Below, one piece after another: positions 25,001 through 35,169 of a DNA stretch of 64,000 nucleotides. A program made the position numbers and the translations under genes. The stretch spans positions 158,598,001 through 158,662,000 of the forward strand of contig NC_058368.1 in the NCBI RefSeq assembly GCF_018350175.1. Reading direction: 5' to 3'. Position 1 is the first letter of the stretch; every line of letters begins with the position of its first letter. The notes under the pieces are model-generated. The model had not been told where the DNA came from. It saw only the letters and a list, made by a program, of their open reading frames with translations, and did not search any database. The stretch is from Felis catus. Lineage: Eukaryota.

Positions 25001-28000
25001 TTATATAGGTTATTGTTCAGAGAGTCTGATGACATTTAGTTTATATGTAGATGATATTTGCCTAAGGTACTGAAATCTGCTTCTGGGAAATAAACTTCCA
25101 GTGTGAACAGACAGAAAATCTGCCTCATCAGATTTTCTTATATCTGAGTTTGCTCACTTGAATTGCTCAGGCATCATGATGTTGAAGCTCTCTCTTTTAA
25201 TTACTTGAGTAAACTGGAATAACTTTCCTAATAAGAAAAAAAAAAAAAAAAACAACTTTCGTTTTAAATGATCAAGATCTAATTAATCAGAGAAACATAG
25301 CTCATTTGTATTGGGGAAGCCAAAAAAGAAGAGGGAGCAAATTCTCACAATGGTCTTTGTTCCTTGGTGTTAACAGATTTAAAACACCTTTACCGCAAAC
25401 TGTATCTCTGTAACGACAGTGACTCAGCACAGCTGTGTGCCTTGGCCCTCTTGCCGTACCAAGTGGATTTTGTCAAGGCATCTGTGGTGAGGGTGAAGGA
25501 GCTCATTCGTTTAATGATACATTGGTTCAAGACGTCATTTGCCAAGTCCACCGAGGAAAATAAGTATGTAACCAGCACATGGGCACCATGTGAGCCTTCC
25601 TCTTTTCATATCCCTTTCCTTTATACTTCTAGGCCCCACCTCTTACCTTGGTAGGCAGAGGAGAGGGAAATATAGGGAGAGAGGGAGAGAGAGAGAAAGA
25701 GAGAGAGAGAGAGAAGAAAGGGCTGTCTAGAATATGGAACATCTGTATTATTATTATTCTGAAACAATATAATGGTTTGGTAGGAACCAAAGAATAGAAA
25801 CAAAAATATTCAGTGGCATAGCCAGAGGGATTGGTGCAAAGAACGAAGCCGCAGGAAAAAGAAAGGGGAAACTACCAGCACAATTTGAGCTTCAAGTGTT
25901 CCTTCTGCTGTAGCCAATTCTATCAGAGGCAGAGTTGTCTTTCAGAGAAGGGGGATCCTCAAAAGTTGCTATGTGCATGTTCTTGATTCTTTCCTTGCGT
26001 TTGCTGGGAATAAGCTCTAACTTATAATGATGGGAGGTGAGGGAGACAGTGACTGGTTTGAGTATTTTAAGATAAACTTTTGATAAACAAAGACATAGAA
26101 TATATCTGAATTCTCCTTTTGGCAGAAATAGCAGGGACAGGAGATTTACTATAACATATTTATATATGGCCACTTTCTACAAAGAGTATGTCTTCTTTGT
26201 CTTTGTATAAAGTTACTAATAATCATGACTTGTTCATCTGAATCACCCACTGTTTACTCTTTGTATATTTTTATGTTTACCATAGAAAACATTAGTCACT
26301 TTGTAAACATATATTTCTATATAATTACTTCCTGTATCTAAACATCTCTGAACAGTCTATATGTTTTTTCTCATTTGGTTGAGCAAAAATTTATTATTAA
26401 AAATAGAAGAACAGAAGACCAAGAAAGAAAGTTTCTTGCCTGAGTAGATCCTTGGTCAGATTATAGGCCTGGTTTTGAAATCTGACACTGTTTTGTTTTG
26501 TTTTTTAACGGAGAGCATTTAGAGGTCTGCAAAGAAGCTTATCTCTTAGCGTAGCAGAACAATAATTCTAAGACTTAAAAAGGTGCTATTGTGGGGGAAA
26601 TTGGACCACATATGTTGTAATATGGTAATTGGTTTTCTATTTTTGGAAAGTAATCTGGTAGTGTTGTATTAAATATTTATTATGTGTTAAGGATTTTAAA
26701 ATATTCAAACCATTTGTCAAGGTAATTCCTTTATAGGTTAAAAAAAAGTAATAGTAAAAAGTAAAAAAAAAAAGAGTTTATTTATTAGTTGGTTTCAAAA
26801 AAGAGTTGAGGTCATTTGTATTAAAAATATGTCCTAAAAAAGTACTAAAAATAAAGATTTTTAAGAAAAGAGATGAGAAATACTTCGAGAACTAACCTTA
26901 CAGAAAATGAATGCATTTAAAGAAGTAATTTGTGTAAATATATTCAGAATAGTACTGCTTAAGATAAAGAACAGCAAAAATGCCCTTGAAGAACAAATAA
27001 ACTTGCCCACAAACATGATCAAATACTATTCAAGACAAATTTGGGAAGCACAGTAATTAATATGTGGAAGGAGTTACATGAAACAATGTTAAACGACTAA
27101 AACATAACACAGAATAAATAGTATGAACATGTATCAGAAGTATGAAAGTACAGATGTAAATGTGCTGTAAAATGTGAGGGAAAATAGTCTAATGTTTATT
27201 AAGTTTTTTCCCCCTAAATTTACTCTCATGTCATATGAAGAGCATCCTCTGCCTGAGTGGTTTTCAACCATGACTTTCTTTTGGCACTTGGGAATACCAG
27301 CTGGTTCAAGTGGGGATGGATTTGAAGTCTGGTGTTTGTTGCTGTCAACCCTCAGGGAGTATTGTAAGAACTAAATTATTGATAGTCTGAAATCTGGTTT
27401 GCTATTTCATTACCAGGACAAAAAATTTTGTCTCCTTTTAGTTTTTCCTATTTTCTTTACTGAAATAAAAACAAACGACCAATAATGATAGTAAGAAAAT
27501 ATTTCCATGCTATTAGGGGAAGTACTGCATGATTTTGCAATATATCTTCAAAAGAGATTGCACTGGCTAATGAATGCCAAGGCAACAAAATATGTGTTTG
27601 GATATCAACCAACATGGAATCCTGAAACTATCTGGTTTTTTTTTTCTCCCATGAGTTTGTTTATAACCCCTAGCTTTAATTTTTATTTTATTTTCCCCTG
27701 ATGTACATAAGCTGCAATTTAAAAGACCGATGTAAGAAAATTTTCCTTCTTCACTCCAAATTCCCACCTCCCTAACGATGTTTAGGACATATTCTGCCAA
27801 ATTTGTTTTTTACATATGCTTAATTTTTTTAAAAACAAGGAACAAATGGGTTTGTAGTTTATGTATCACTATGAAAATTGTTATTCATTTAATCTATATC
27901 TTTTTATAGCTGTACCTAGAGAGCTACCTTCTTTTAATGACTGCAAAGTATAGTGATGTTCAAATACAAGCCACATATGCAATATTAGATATTCTAGTAC

Positions 28001-29605
28001 CCACGTTAAAAGGCAAAATGTAGCAGTGCCTAGGTGACTGAGTTGGTTAAGTAACCGACTTTGGATCAGGTCATGATCTCATGTTTGTGAGTTCGAGCCC
28101 AGAGTCAGGCTCCATGCTAACAGCTCAGAGCCTGGAGCCTGCTTCAGATTCTGTCTTTCTCTCTCTTGCTGCCTTCCCCTACTCATGATCTGTCTCTCTC
28201 TCTCTAAAATAATCATTAAAACAATTAAAAAAATAAAAAGGTAAAAAGCACTGATGAAGTTACTTTTAATAATACATTTAGCCACTATATCCAAAATGTT
28301 ATCAGTTCAACAGGCAATCAATGTAAAAATTATGAGTATTTTCCTTTTTTAAATATGTCTTCAAAATCCAGTGTGTGCCCAAGTCAGACTAGCCACATTC
28401 TCTACAGAATGGGAAGTGAAAAATGCTGACCAAAGCGATGGAACATACCAAATTTTAGTAGAGTTGACTGTTTTAATTTAGAAAAAAAGACTATTAAATT
28501 ACATCCTCACCAATAGAATGTGAGAGTGTCTCTTTTCTCACAAACTCACCAATATTAGATATCATAATTCTTTATATTTGGTCCATCTCATTGGTGGAAA
28601 AATTGTTTGATAAACAGTGAGATTGAAAAGAGAATTTCTTCTTTTGTAAACTGCCTTCTGAACTTAAATTTTTCTCGTAAGTGAATAAATCTGTCTTCAT
28701 TTTCTGGGTTAAGGGAAGTAGACAACCCTTCGTTCTGTGTGTCTAGATTCCGCAGACTTCCCTCCTCTTACACAGTGGAGCTCCTCACAATTCACATCTG
28801 GGAACTGGCAGGAAAGCCGCTGTTGTTCAGCCTGGTGCAGGGAATGAGGGCAGTCCTCAAACTTCTGGTTCGATACACAGAAATTGATGTCGTTTGGCAC
28901 AGACACTACCATCCCAAGTTCCCCATTTTTGTAAAGGTTAACCAGAAACACACCAGGTAAGTATGTATCTTCTCTATGCCCTTAGGCTATAAGAAGCATG
29001 TTTACCATCAAGAAAGTCTGGAGCAAGGAGTTGCTTTATTGTCATTCTTTGTAAATGAGAAGGCCTTAATTACCACAAAGCCAATTCCCTTTGATTACTT
29101 CTCACAGAATCTTACTTCTCAAGTGTGAATTAAGAATAATTTGAGTAGAATGAATCAAATGTGGATGTAGATGGCAAATGGGGAGGTAACTGAAGACTGA
29201 AACCAGGGAAGAAATGCCTCCCGAGGTGAAGAGGAAAAATGAGAGGGAGTCAGAGTTGGAGGGGCAGAAGCAACTTGCTGTTTTCTGATAGGTATTAGTC
29301 CCTCGTGGACCTGCTTCCACCCTTCCAAGAGTCCTGTTCTTAACCAAATTCCTTTTTTTAACTCTGACATTCCCCTTTCTCACTATACTACAAATTGAAA
29401 TTGAGTTTAGAAATGAATAGTTTTGTGTTCTGTTTTGTTTTGTTGTAGGCCGTTCATTTTAGACCCCGTAAATCCTACTGTCAACGTGTGTGACACCTGC
29501 AATGCCTGGGACGAGGTTGCCCTGGTGGCGAGGCATAGCCTGTTGAAGCCTCTTTTCAGCAGAGTAAGAGCTGAGCCCCCTTGGCTTTTCACAAACAACT
29601 GGTAA
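8015..29605 (+). CDS. Divergent OAS-family (2'-5'-oligoadenylate synthetase-like) gene with N-terminal C2H2 zinc finger; join(8015-8168,12055-12278,14660-14820,19240-19364,25377-25563,28747-28956,29449-29605), 405 aa
   Basis: Seven exons flanked by GT/AG sites with matching phases (1,0,2,1,2,2), 1218 nt, open from ATG 8015 to TAA 29603-29605. OAS motifs appear in order: GGSYIKGT..SEIDIVLF, FEIMACYDVLG, QVDFVK, KELIRLMIHW, LPSSYTVELLTIHIWE, RPFILDPVNPTVNV. Confidence 0.88.
8530..8692 (-). mobile_element. Internally deleted SINEC
   Basis: Reverse-orientation SINEC head and tail. Confidence 0.85.
8878..8935. repeat. (TA)n microsatellite
   Basis: Pure AT dinucleotide run. Confidence 0.95.
10265..10815. 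mobile_element. Two SINECs in opposite orientation (~10265-10450 minus; ~10594-10810 plus)
   Basis: SINEC heads and tails on each strand. Confidence 0.85.
10945..11450 (+). mobile_element. Solo ERV LTR (MER34/MER39-like) in the OAS-like intron
   Basis: Begins tgttgaaggggatcaggatatgccacccc; similar to the LTR at 40515-41089. Confidence 0.6.
12055..12278 (+). CDS. OAS-like gene coding exon 2 (equivalent to OAS exon A: ...ELQRFADKNIRP...FKLIQDCFPVPASRVIQ)
   Basis: Acceptor ctttttctgtacag|; donor CAG|gtaatc, phase 0. Resembles the OAS N-terminal LDKFI..L.P..C F..V.KVVK segment. Confidence 0.85.
13470..13687 (-). mobile_element. SINEC
   Basis: Reverse SINEC with (GA)n; flanking repeat tgtcact. 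Confidence 0.88.
14660..14820 (+). CDS. OAS-like gene coding exon 3 (P-loop and D-box: GGSYIKGTDTQGCSEIDIVLF)
   Basis: Acceptor tcttcacag|GGT; donor CAG|gtctgg, phase 2. Matches the OAS GGSxxKGTxLxxxSDxDLVxF nucleotidyltransferase signature. Confidence 0.93.
17335..17535 (+). mobile_element. SINEC
   Basis: SINEC head, CT tract, aaat tail. Confidence 0.88.
19240..19364 (+). CDS. OAS-like gene coding exon 4 (PLSLRFNF...HSFEIMACYDVLG)
   Basis: Acceptor ttcctttgttaag|G (phase 2); donor CAG|gtaagg (phase 1). Aligns by eye to OAS1 PRALSFVL...VEFDVLPAFDALG. Confidence 0.9.
20530..20900 (+). mobile_element. MaLR (MLT1A-like) LTR
   Basis: catatgttgaaaccctaac ... ggcaccttgatcttggacttcctagcctcc ... 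ttttgttatagtagcc. Confidence 0.8.
21995..22234 (-). mobile_element. SINEC
   Basis: Reverse SINEC with (GA)n. Confidence 0.87.
25377..25563 (+). CDS. OAS-like gene coding exon 5 (LYRKL...YQVDFVK...VKELIRLMIHWF)
   Basis: Acceptor gttaacag| (phase 1); donor AA|gtatgt (phase 2). Aligns to OAS YVKL...LQRDFLK...LKSLIRLVKHWY. Confidence 0.92.
28025..28240 (+). mobile_element. SINEC
   Basis: SINEC body and tail. Confidence 0.87.
28747..28956 (+). CDS. OAS-like gene coding exon 6 (LPSSYTVELLTIHIWE...FSLVQGMRAVLKLL...W.RHY)
   Basis: Acceptor tgtgtctag| (phase 2); donor CAG|gtaagt (phase 2). Matches OAS LPPQYALELLTVYAWE...F.TAQGFRTVLEL...IYWTKYY. Confidence 0.94.
29449..29605 (+). CDS. OAS-like gene terminal coding exon (RPFILDPVNPTVNV...WDEVA..A...PPWLFTNNW*)
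   Basis: Acceptor ttttgttgtag| (phase 2); matches OAS RPVILDPADPTGNL...W..LA.EA; stop TAA at 29603-29605. Confidence 0.93.
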
Positions 29606-29632
29606 ACTGGACAAGGAGCTACTCTCCTCAGA

Positions 29633-29852
29633 TTTTTTTTTTTTAATTTTTAAAATGTTTTTTATTTTATTTTTGAGACAGAGACAGAGACAGAATGTGA
29701 ACAGGAAAGAGAGGGAGACACAGAATCTGAAGCAGGCTCCAGGCTCTGAGCTGGAAGCACAAAGCCAGATGCAGGGCTCGAACCCATGAATCGTGAGATC
29801 AAGACCTGAGCTGAAGCTGGATGCTCAACTGAGTGAGCCTTCCAGGCACCCC
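29633..29852 (-). mobile_element. Antisense SINEC in the putative 3' UTR of the OAS-like gene
   Basis: Reverse SINEC starting about 28 nt after the stop codon. Confidence 0.9.
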
Positions 29853-30133
29853 TGTCCTAGATTTCTATGAAGAAATTATAAAGGACACAAAGCACATTCC
29901 CAGTAAGAGTGCTCTGGACGAAAGGCAGCAGGAAGAAAGCTTGTCTTACTCTAATTCACCATATTAGTAACCCAATCTTTAATCAACATACTGATGTAAG
30001 TCATCATTTAAGACAAAAGGATCTATTTCAACCTTTAGGAGAATTGAAACATCCTCCCCCATGTTTTGGATTTGTTTGCTTTGGTGGTCTCATGACCAAA
30101 AAACATTAAAACAAAATCCAAGTAGCCACAGTG

Positions 30134-30143
30134 AATAAATAAA
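30134..30143 (+). terminator. Candidate polyadenylation signal of the OAS-like gene
   Basis: Two overlapping AATAAA hexamers about 530 nt after the stop codon; cleavage site not demonstrated. Confidence 0.4.
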
Positions 30144-30759
30144 ACAAAACTCCCAGGTCATTTGAGAGACAGTTATCTGAAAGGGTAAAATAACTCCCAT
30201 TTTTTAGTTTTAATTCACTATCATTTCAGGTTGACTTTTCAATTCTCCTGGTAACCTAGTATTTCATTGGGTCACCTGTGTTTTCAAAATTTCCCTATGA
30301 AAACCTGCTTGCATTAAGTATGGTGTATTCACTTCCAGACATAAACTTACAAATGAATACATGGAAAGATGGAAATATCTGGAAAAAACACAATGGATTG
30401 CCTCAAAATAAACTGTTCCCCAAATCATTTTATGACTGCCTATGTCACGACTCAGGGGTTAGAGTGGAGCCATTCTTAAGGTTTCAAGGTGCTTAGCCAT
30501 AGGCAAGGATAAATAAAATACTCGGGCTATTGAACTGTCCAGTTCTGCAACAACTGTTTTCAATTGGTGGTATCAGCTGTTTTCCTTTCTATTAAGTAGC
30601 GTTAGCAGCCACTGATAATGAAAGCCAGAGCCCACCAGAAATAGACCAGAGGAAATTTCCTGACTCACTTGCATAGCAACAATTCATCAGCATGGAAGAT
30701 GTATGAAGTGTGACTTCAGATTAATGCGAGTGATTAGACTTATCCACATGACAGAACTC

Positions 30760-30945
30760 TTACATATAAATGAGCGCTGGCCCCTTCAGGCGAGTCCTCA
30801 GAGAACTTGTATGCTTATATTCCAGTGATGTGATTGGTCTGGAAACACTTTTGGACTTCCCTTCAGGGGAGAATGTTCTTTTGAACATCCTTAATGGTGA
30901 CAAAATTTGTCCTTTGAGGGTGGATTTGATTTTTGGAAATGGTAC
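30760..30945 (-). mobile_element. Mariner-type DNA transposon relic (MARNA-like)
   Basis: Minus-strand FPKIKSTLKG followed by frameshifted remnants resembling a mariner transposase C-terminus. Confidence 0.6.
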
Positions 30946-31087
30946 AATGTATTCATAGTGGACATCTGTTGTTTTCATCTACCCAGAATCCTCTTACCCA
31001 ATTACAGGTTGAAGAGACTGCATTTGTTCTATTGTTCACTCTGCCTCTGAAGGCTCTCAAGGAGAAATATTTTTAAAATGTCTTAGG

Positions 31088-31310
31088 AGGTGCACTTCGG
31101 TGGCTTAGTCGGTTAAGCCTCTGACTCTTGGTTTCAGCTGAGGTCATGATCTCGTGGTTTGTGAGTGTAAGCCCTGCCTGGGACTCCACGCTGACAGCGC
31201 AGAGCCTGCTTAGGATTCTCTTTCTCCCTCTCTCTCTGCCCTCCCCTACTCATCCTCTCTGTCTCTCTTGAAATAAATAAATACATTTAAAAAAAATAAA
31301 AAATAAATAA
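31088..31310 (+). mobile_element. SINEC with target-site duplication aaaatgtctt
   Basis: SINEC body flanked by aaaatgtctt. Confidence 0.88.
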
Positions 31311-34238
31311 AATGTCTTGGTAAATGTCCATCTTTCCTCATTTTGGTGACTGCACCCATATCCACCTCAGGTGACTCCTCCCCCTCCTCCACTAGATCTA
31401 AGTTGTTCAGATGGGATGACTTAACCACTAGTTCTATGGGGACAGACATGTGATTCAGGCCTGGCACAGTGATTGAACTGAAACACCACAATAGCGCTCA
31501 GTTCTGGGATTTGGGTTTGAACTGCTGGGAAGAGAATTTCTTCCGCTGCTATGAGGGAAGCATGACACTACTAGTCACCATCTTGCCGCTCCAGGGGACA
31601 GCAGGCCTAATAATGAGGCCGACACAAAAGAAAGCCGATTTGAGAAATGAGCAATGATACACATGTGCACACTTATGTACATATCTATATCATGAGAGAG
31701 ACCAAGTCCCGGTTTGTGCTCCTGGACCCAGATGTACTTGCAACAAAAACTATCCTGGGACTCTTGTGTCACAAGCCAATAAACTCTCCTTTTGCCTAGT
31801 GGTTTCTATTTGGATTTCTACCTTACAATCAAGTGAGTCCTGACTAGTCTAGTAGAAGAGAGAAAGACTGGTGAATGAATTAACTCATCATCAAGCAGTA
31901 AGGAAGGCACCAACACACTGTTAACAAATTTCTACTCAAGAGACATTCATTGAGCACCTGCTAAATAGTTGATCTAAATAGTCCAGTTGCTAAAATAAAC
32001 TAGTCAGTTCAGGATGGCAAGAAGCTTTCAGCCAACAAAAGAAACTGCTTTTCTTCCTTTGCTTGCATGGATTCACAGGACCATTTCCAAAGAGGAGTTC
32101 ATGACAGGAATGTCTTTGCCAAAGACAGCATTCTTGAGGATTGTTAGAGAAGGTAACCAATTTTTTAAGAAGACAACAGTCATTTGAGATTATGAATTCT
32201 GTCTTTTTAAAAATAGAGTTCTATTTTCCCTCTGTGGTCATACCTCCTGTGGAAGGTGAGAACACAGTCCAGCAAGGGCAGGATGATCAGCATAGGATAC
32301 ATAAACTTATTTCAGAGCTGGGGGGACTCCTGGCCACATTGGAGGGGGAAGGGGAGTGAGTGGGGAAAGGTGATCTCTGTCCCAAGTTCTAAATCTACTT
32401 TTCTCAGCAGCATGTTTATCATTCGAAGAGGCTCTTTCTGATGTCAGTTTTTTTGGGTCTATGCTGAGGATAAAAAAATCCAGAATAATAGAGTGCGATT
32501 TTGCTCTGAATGGTTTCCTTGGTTGCAAGGTATGTGATCCACTCAGATAAAGAATAAGAAAATTTATTGCAGGGCACTTGAGACACAGCTCTTGCCATCC
32601 TTTCATGGGCTTCCTGTGTTCACCTTCTCCTTGCCTCTCCGCCTCTCCCTGCATCTGCTCTCTGCACCAACCAGCATCTCCTCTTTCTACTGGCCAGCTT
32701 CCTCTACTGACTCATGCTTCCTTCTCCTCCTCACTTCAGCTTGCACAAACCATCACTTTCATGAACATGACTCTTCCAACTTCACCTCCCAACTCAAACT
32801 GGCAAATTCTTTTCATGTTTCTTAGTTCACATTCCTGAGAGGACAGACTGATCAGTCCATTTTGGAGTTTTGAGCCAGATTACTCAGAATCACTGGCTAG
32901 TTATGGGGCAGCTGTGATCAGGATGGGGCAGTGTCACGTGGACCCTAATGAGAACACCAAAACGCAGGAAATCTAGGAGTATGGGGGAATGGGACAGGTT
33001 CCATGGCTAGCCTGTCCAAAGCCTGTCCTGCTTTGTGTGTCTATGTTTTTCCCCACCAGCCCTGGTGAAAAGTCTGCAGAGAAGCTTAGTAACTGACATT
33101 TTTAGGTCACAAAAATGTTTCTAGTGATAACACCTCTCAGAAATTTTCAAACAGTTGTAAGAGGGCAGTAAAAAGTCACCTCTCTACTTCAGTAAGTCAG
33201 CAAGTAGAAGAAACCATGATCATAAGAAGCAGCAAGTGATGGCAGTGGGTGGTGTATTGGCAAGGTAATCTATAAGGAGCAAGGAGAAAATAAAGAGCCG
33301 GGAGACAAATTTTGGGATGAGAAATATGCCTCAGGAGGTTTTCAGTACTGTGCCCTAGCCTCAGCTGTCCTTGTTCCACCCTCCCCTGCCCTCTTACAAC
33401 CTGGAGCGGTATTAGGTCCAGAGATCAATATTTGGGGTACCCTACTGCTTATGTGGGCTAGTCTGGGAAACTTGCCACCATATTTGACATTGCTCCTATA
33501 GAAAAATGCGCCTTCAGGGTTGAACAATTGACTTACAAACGTATTTGTGGAACATAATTGCTGCTAAAATGGGAACTGCTAAAAATAGATTGCAATCTGG
33601 GATTTTCACTCCTAAACCTCTAGAGACTCAACAGCTTTCAAGAAGAAGCTTCTGCTTGCCTTTCCCACAGCCTACTTTGCTCCAAGGAACAAAGTGCTAC
33701 CAGAGTTTAGTCAGGTTTAAAGAAGCGGCTTTAACTGTGAGCTAAAAGAGATTTCCACAGTTTCTAGTAAAGGGATTAAAAGTAATTCCAAATGTTAAGG
33801 CCAAAGTGATAAAAGAGTGGAAGCTGCTCTTTTGGTAGAGAAAAGGCAGCCATATCTCTGTGCCCCTTCTGTTTTTCTCCAGCTTCCTTCCAGAAAGGAT
33901 AGAGATAACCTTCCCTGCTCTTCTTTATTCCTTTCTGCACTCTACCCCAAGAGGCTAGTTATGTCAGAAGGGGCAGGGCTGTTCTGCCTACTAAAACTGT
34001 GTTAGGTAGCTTTAGGGCAAAAGAGCTCAAATTTAAGTGTGATCAGAAACACCTGGTGAAGTGGTAAATAACCCAGACCTTCTCCTGTAATTTGGTCCGC
34101 AGGTCTGGGGTGTGGCCCAGCAACTTGAAGTTTTAAATGAGTACCCCCTGATGATTCTGGTGTAGATATTTTACATACCATATTTGAGAAAGAAAGCCTG
34201 GACCCTGGGGCAGAACGTGGATGTACTGCTAAGATACA

Positions 34239-34280
<42 letters not shown>

Positions 34281-34292
34281 ACGCATGCGCGT
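34239..34292. repeat. (GT)n microsatellite continuing into alternating purine-pyrimidine sequence
   Basis: gtgtatgtgt...gtgtacacgcatgcgcgt. Confidence 0.9.
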
Positions 34293-34475
34293 GGATATGC
34301 AGGTGCTTGCCCCTCTTTAGTTCTGGGCTCCAGGAGATCCTCTTGCTCAAGCTGAAGGTTTTGGTTCTACCTAGCTCAAAAGAACTCAACATTTGAATTG
34401 GGGCCTAGGCCAAATGGAATAATAGCTTCCACTAGTTAGGTCATAGACCTCTGAGCCAGACCTTGCTGGATAGAG

Positions 34476-34653
34476 CAGTCATTCTCAAACCTTGCTGCAC
34501 ATTGAAACAACCTGGGGAGCTTTAAAAAATACTGATGCCTGGGCCCCACTTCCAGAGAGTTTGATTTCATTGGTCAGGGTATAATCTGGACATTTTGGAA
34601 TTTTTAAAGGTCCTTGGGTATTTCTAATGTGCAGCCAGAGTTGAGAACCACTG
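34476..34653. mobile_element. MER5A-like hAT MITE
   Basis: cagtcattctcaaac ... gttgagaaccactg terminal inverted repeats. Confidence 0.75.
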
Positions 34654-35169
34654 TGGTAGAAAAAATGATTTTCTTTTTCCTAAGACCCTGGCTGAAAACA
34701 ATATTCACTCTTTTACACCATAGACAACATAGAAGAAAACTTGATACTTGCATTTCTGCAAGGCAGAACAAAAAAGTATCAATGATATAAAAGTGATAAT
34801 TTCTTGAATAATGTTTACTTTTAAATACAGTCAAGGATAATGAATAATATTCTTAGTCTGGCTTCTTTTGTCCATGGCAAGAAAGAAAGACATGGCATGA
34901 TATAACTCAGAATTCTCTAAAGTATCTTAGAGATGAAGTCAACTATGATAATACTGTTGTCTTCAAAAGCTTCCCCGAAAGAAACAGGGAAGTGTTAAAT
35001 CATTATGCTTTCTTTCTCTTTTTCCTGAGACATAGATGATTAGATTCATAGTTGATTATGGTATAGCATTTCAGGACTATCTGTGATTTTATTCTCCTTT
35101 TCTAGAGGTAAGTGAATAAATTAAATGGAAAATGTATCAGTGGACTACAGCTTTTGAACAAATGGACAA

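Noticed and set aside
8015..29605. Assigning the symbol OAS1, OAS2, OAS3 or OASL
   Set aside because: Single divergent OAS domain, no ubiquitin-like tail, different introns and different locus; orthology cannot be claimed.
30770..30958. Possible extra C-terminal exon for the OAS-like gene
   Set aside because: Better explained as the antisense of a mariner-type relic; no UBL or CaaX similarity.
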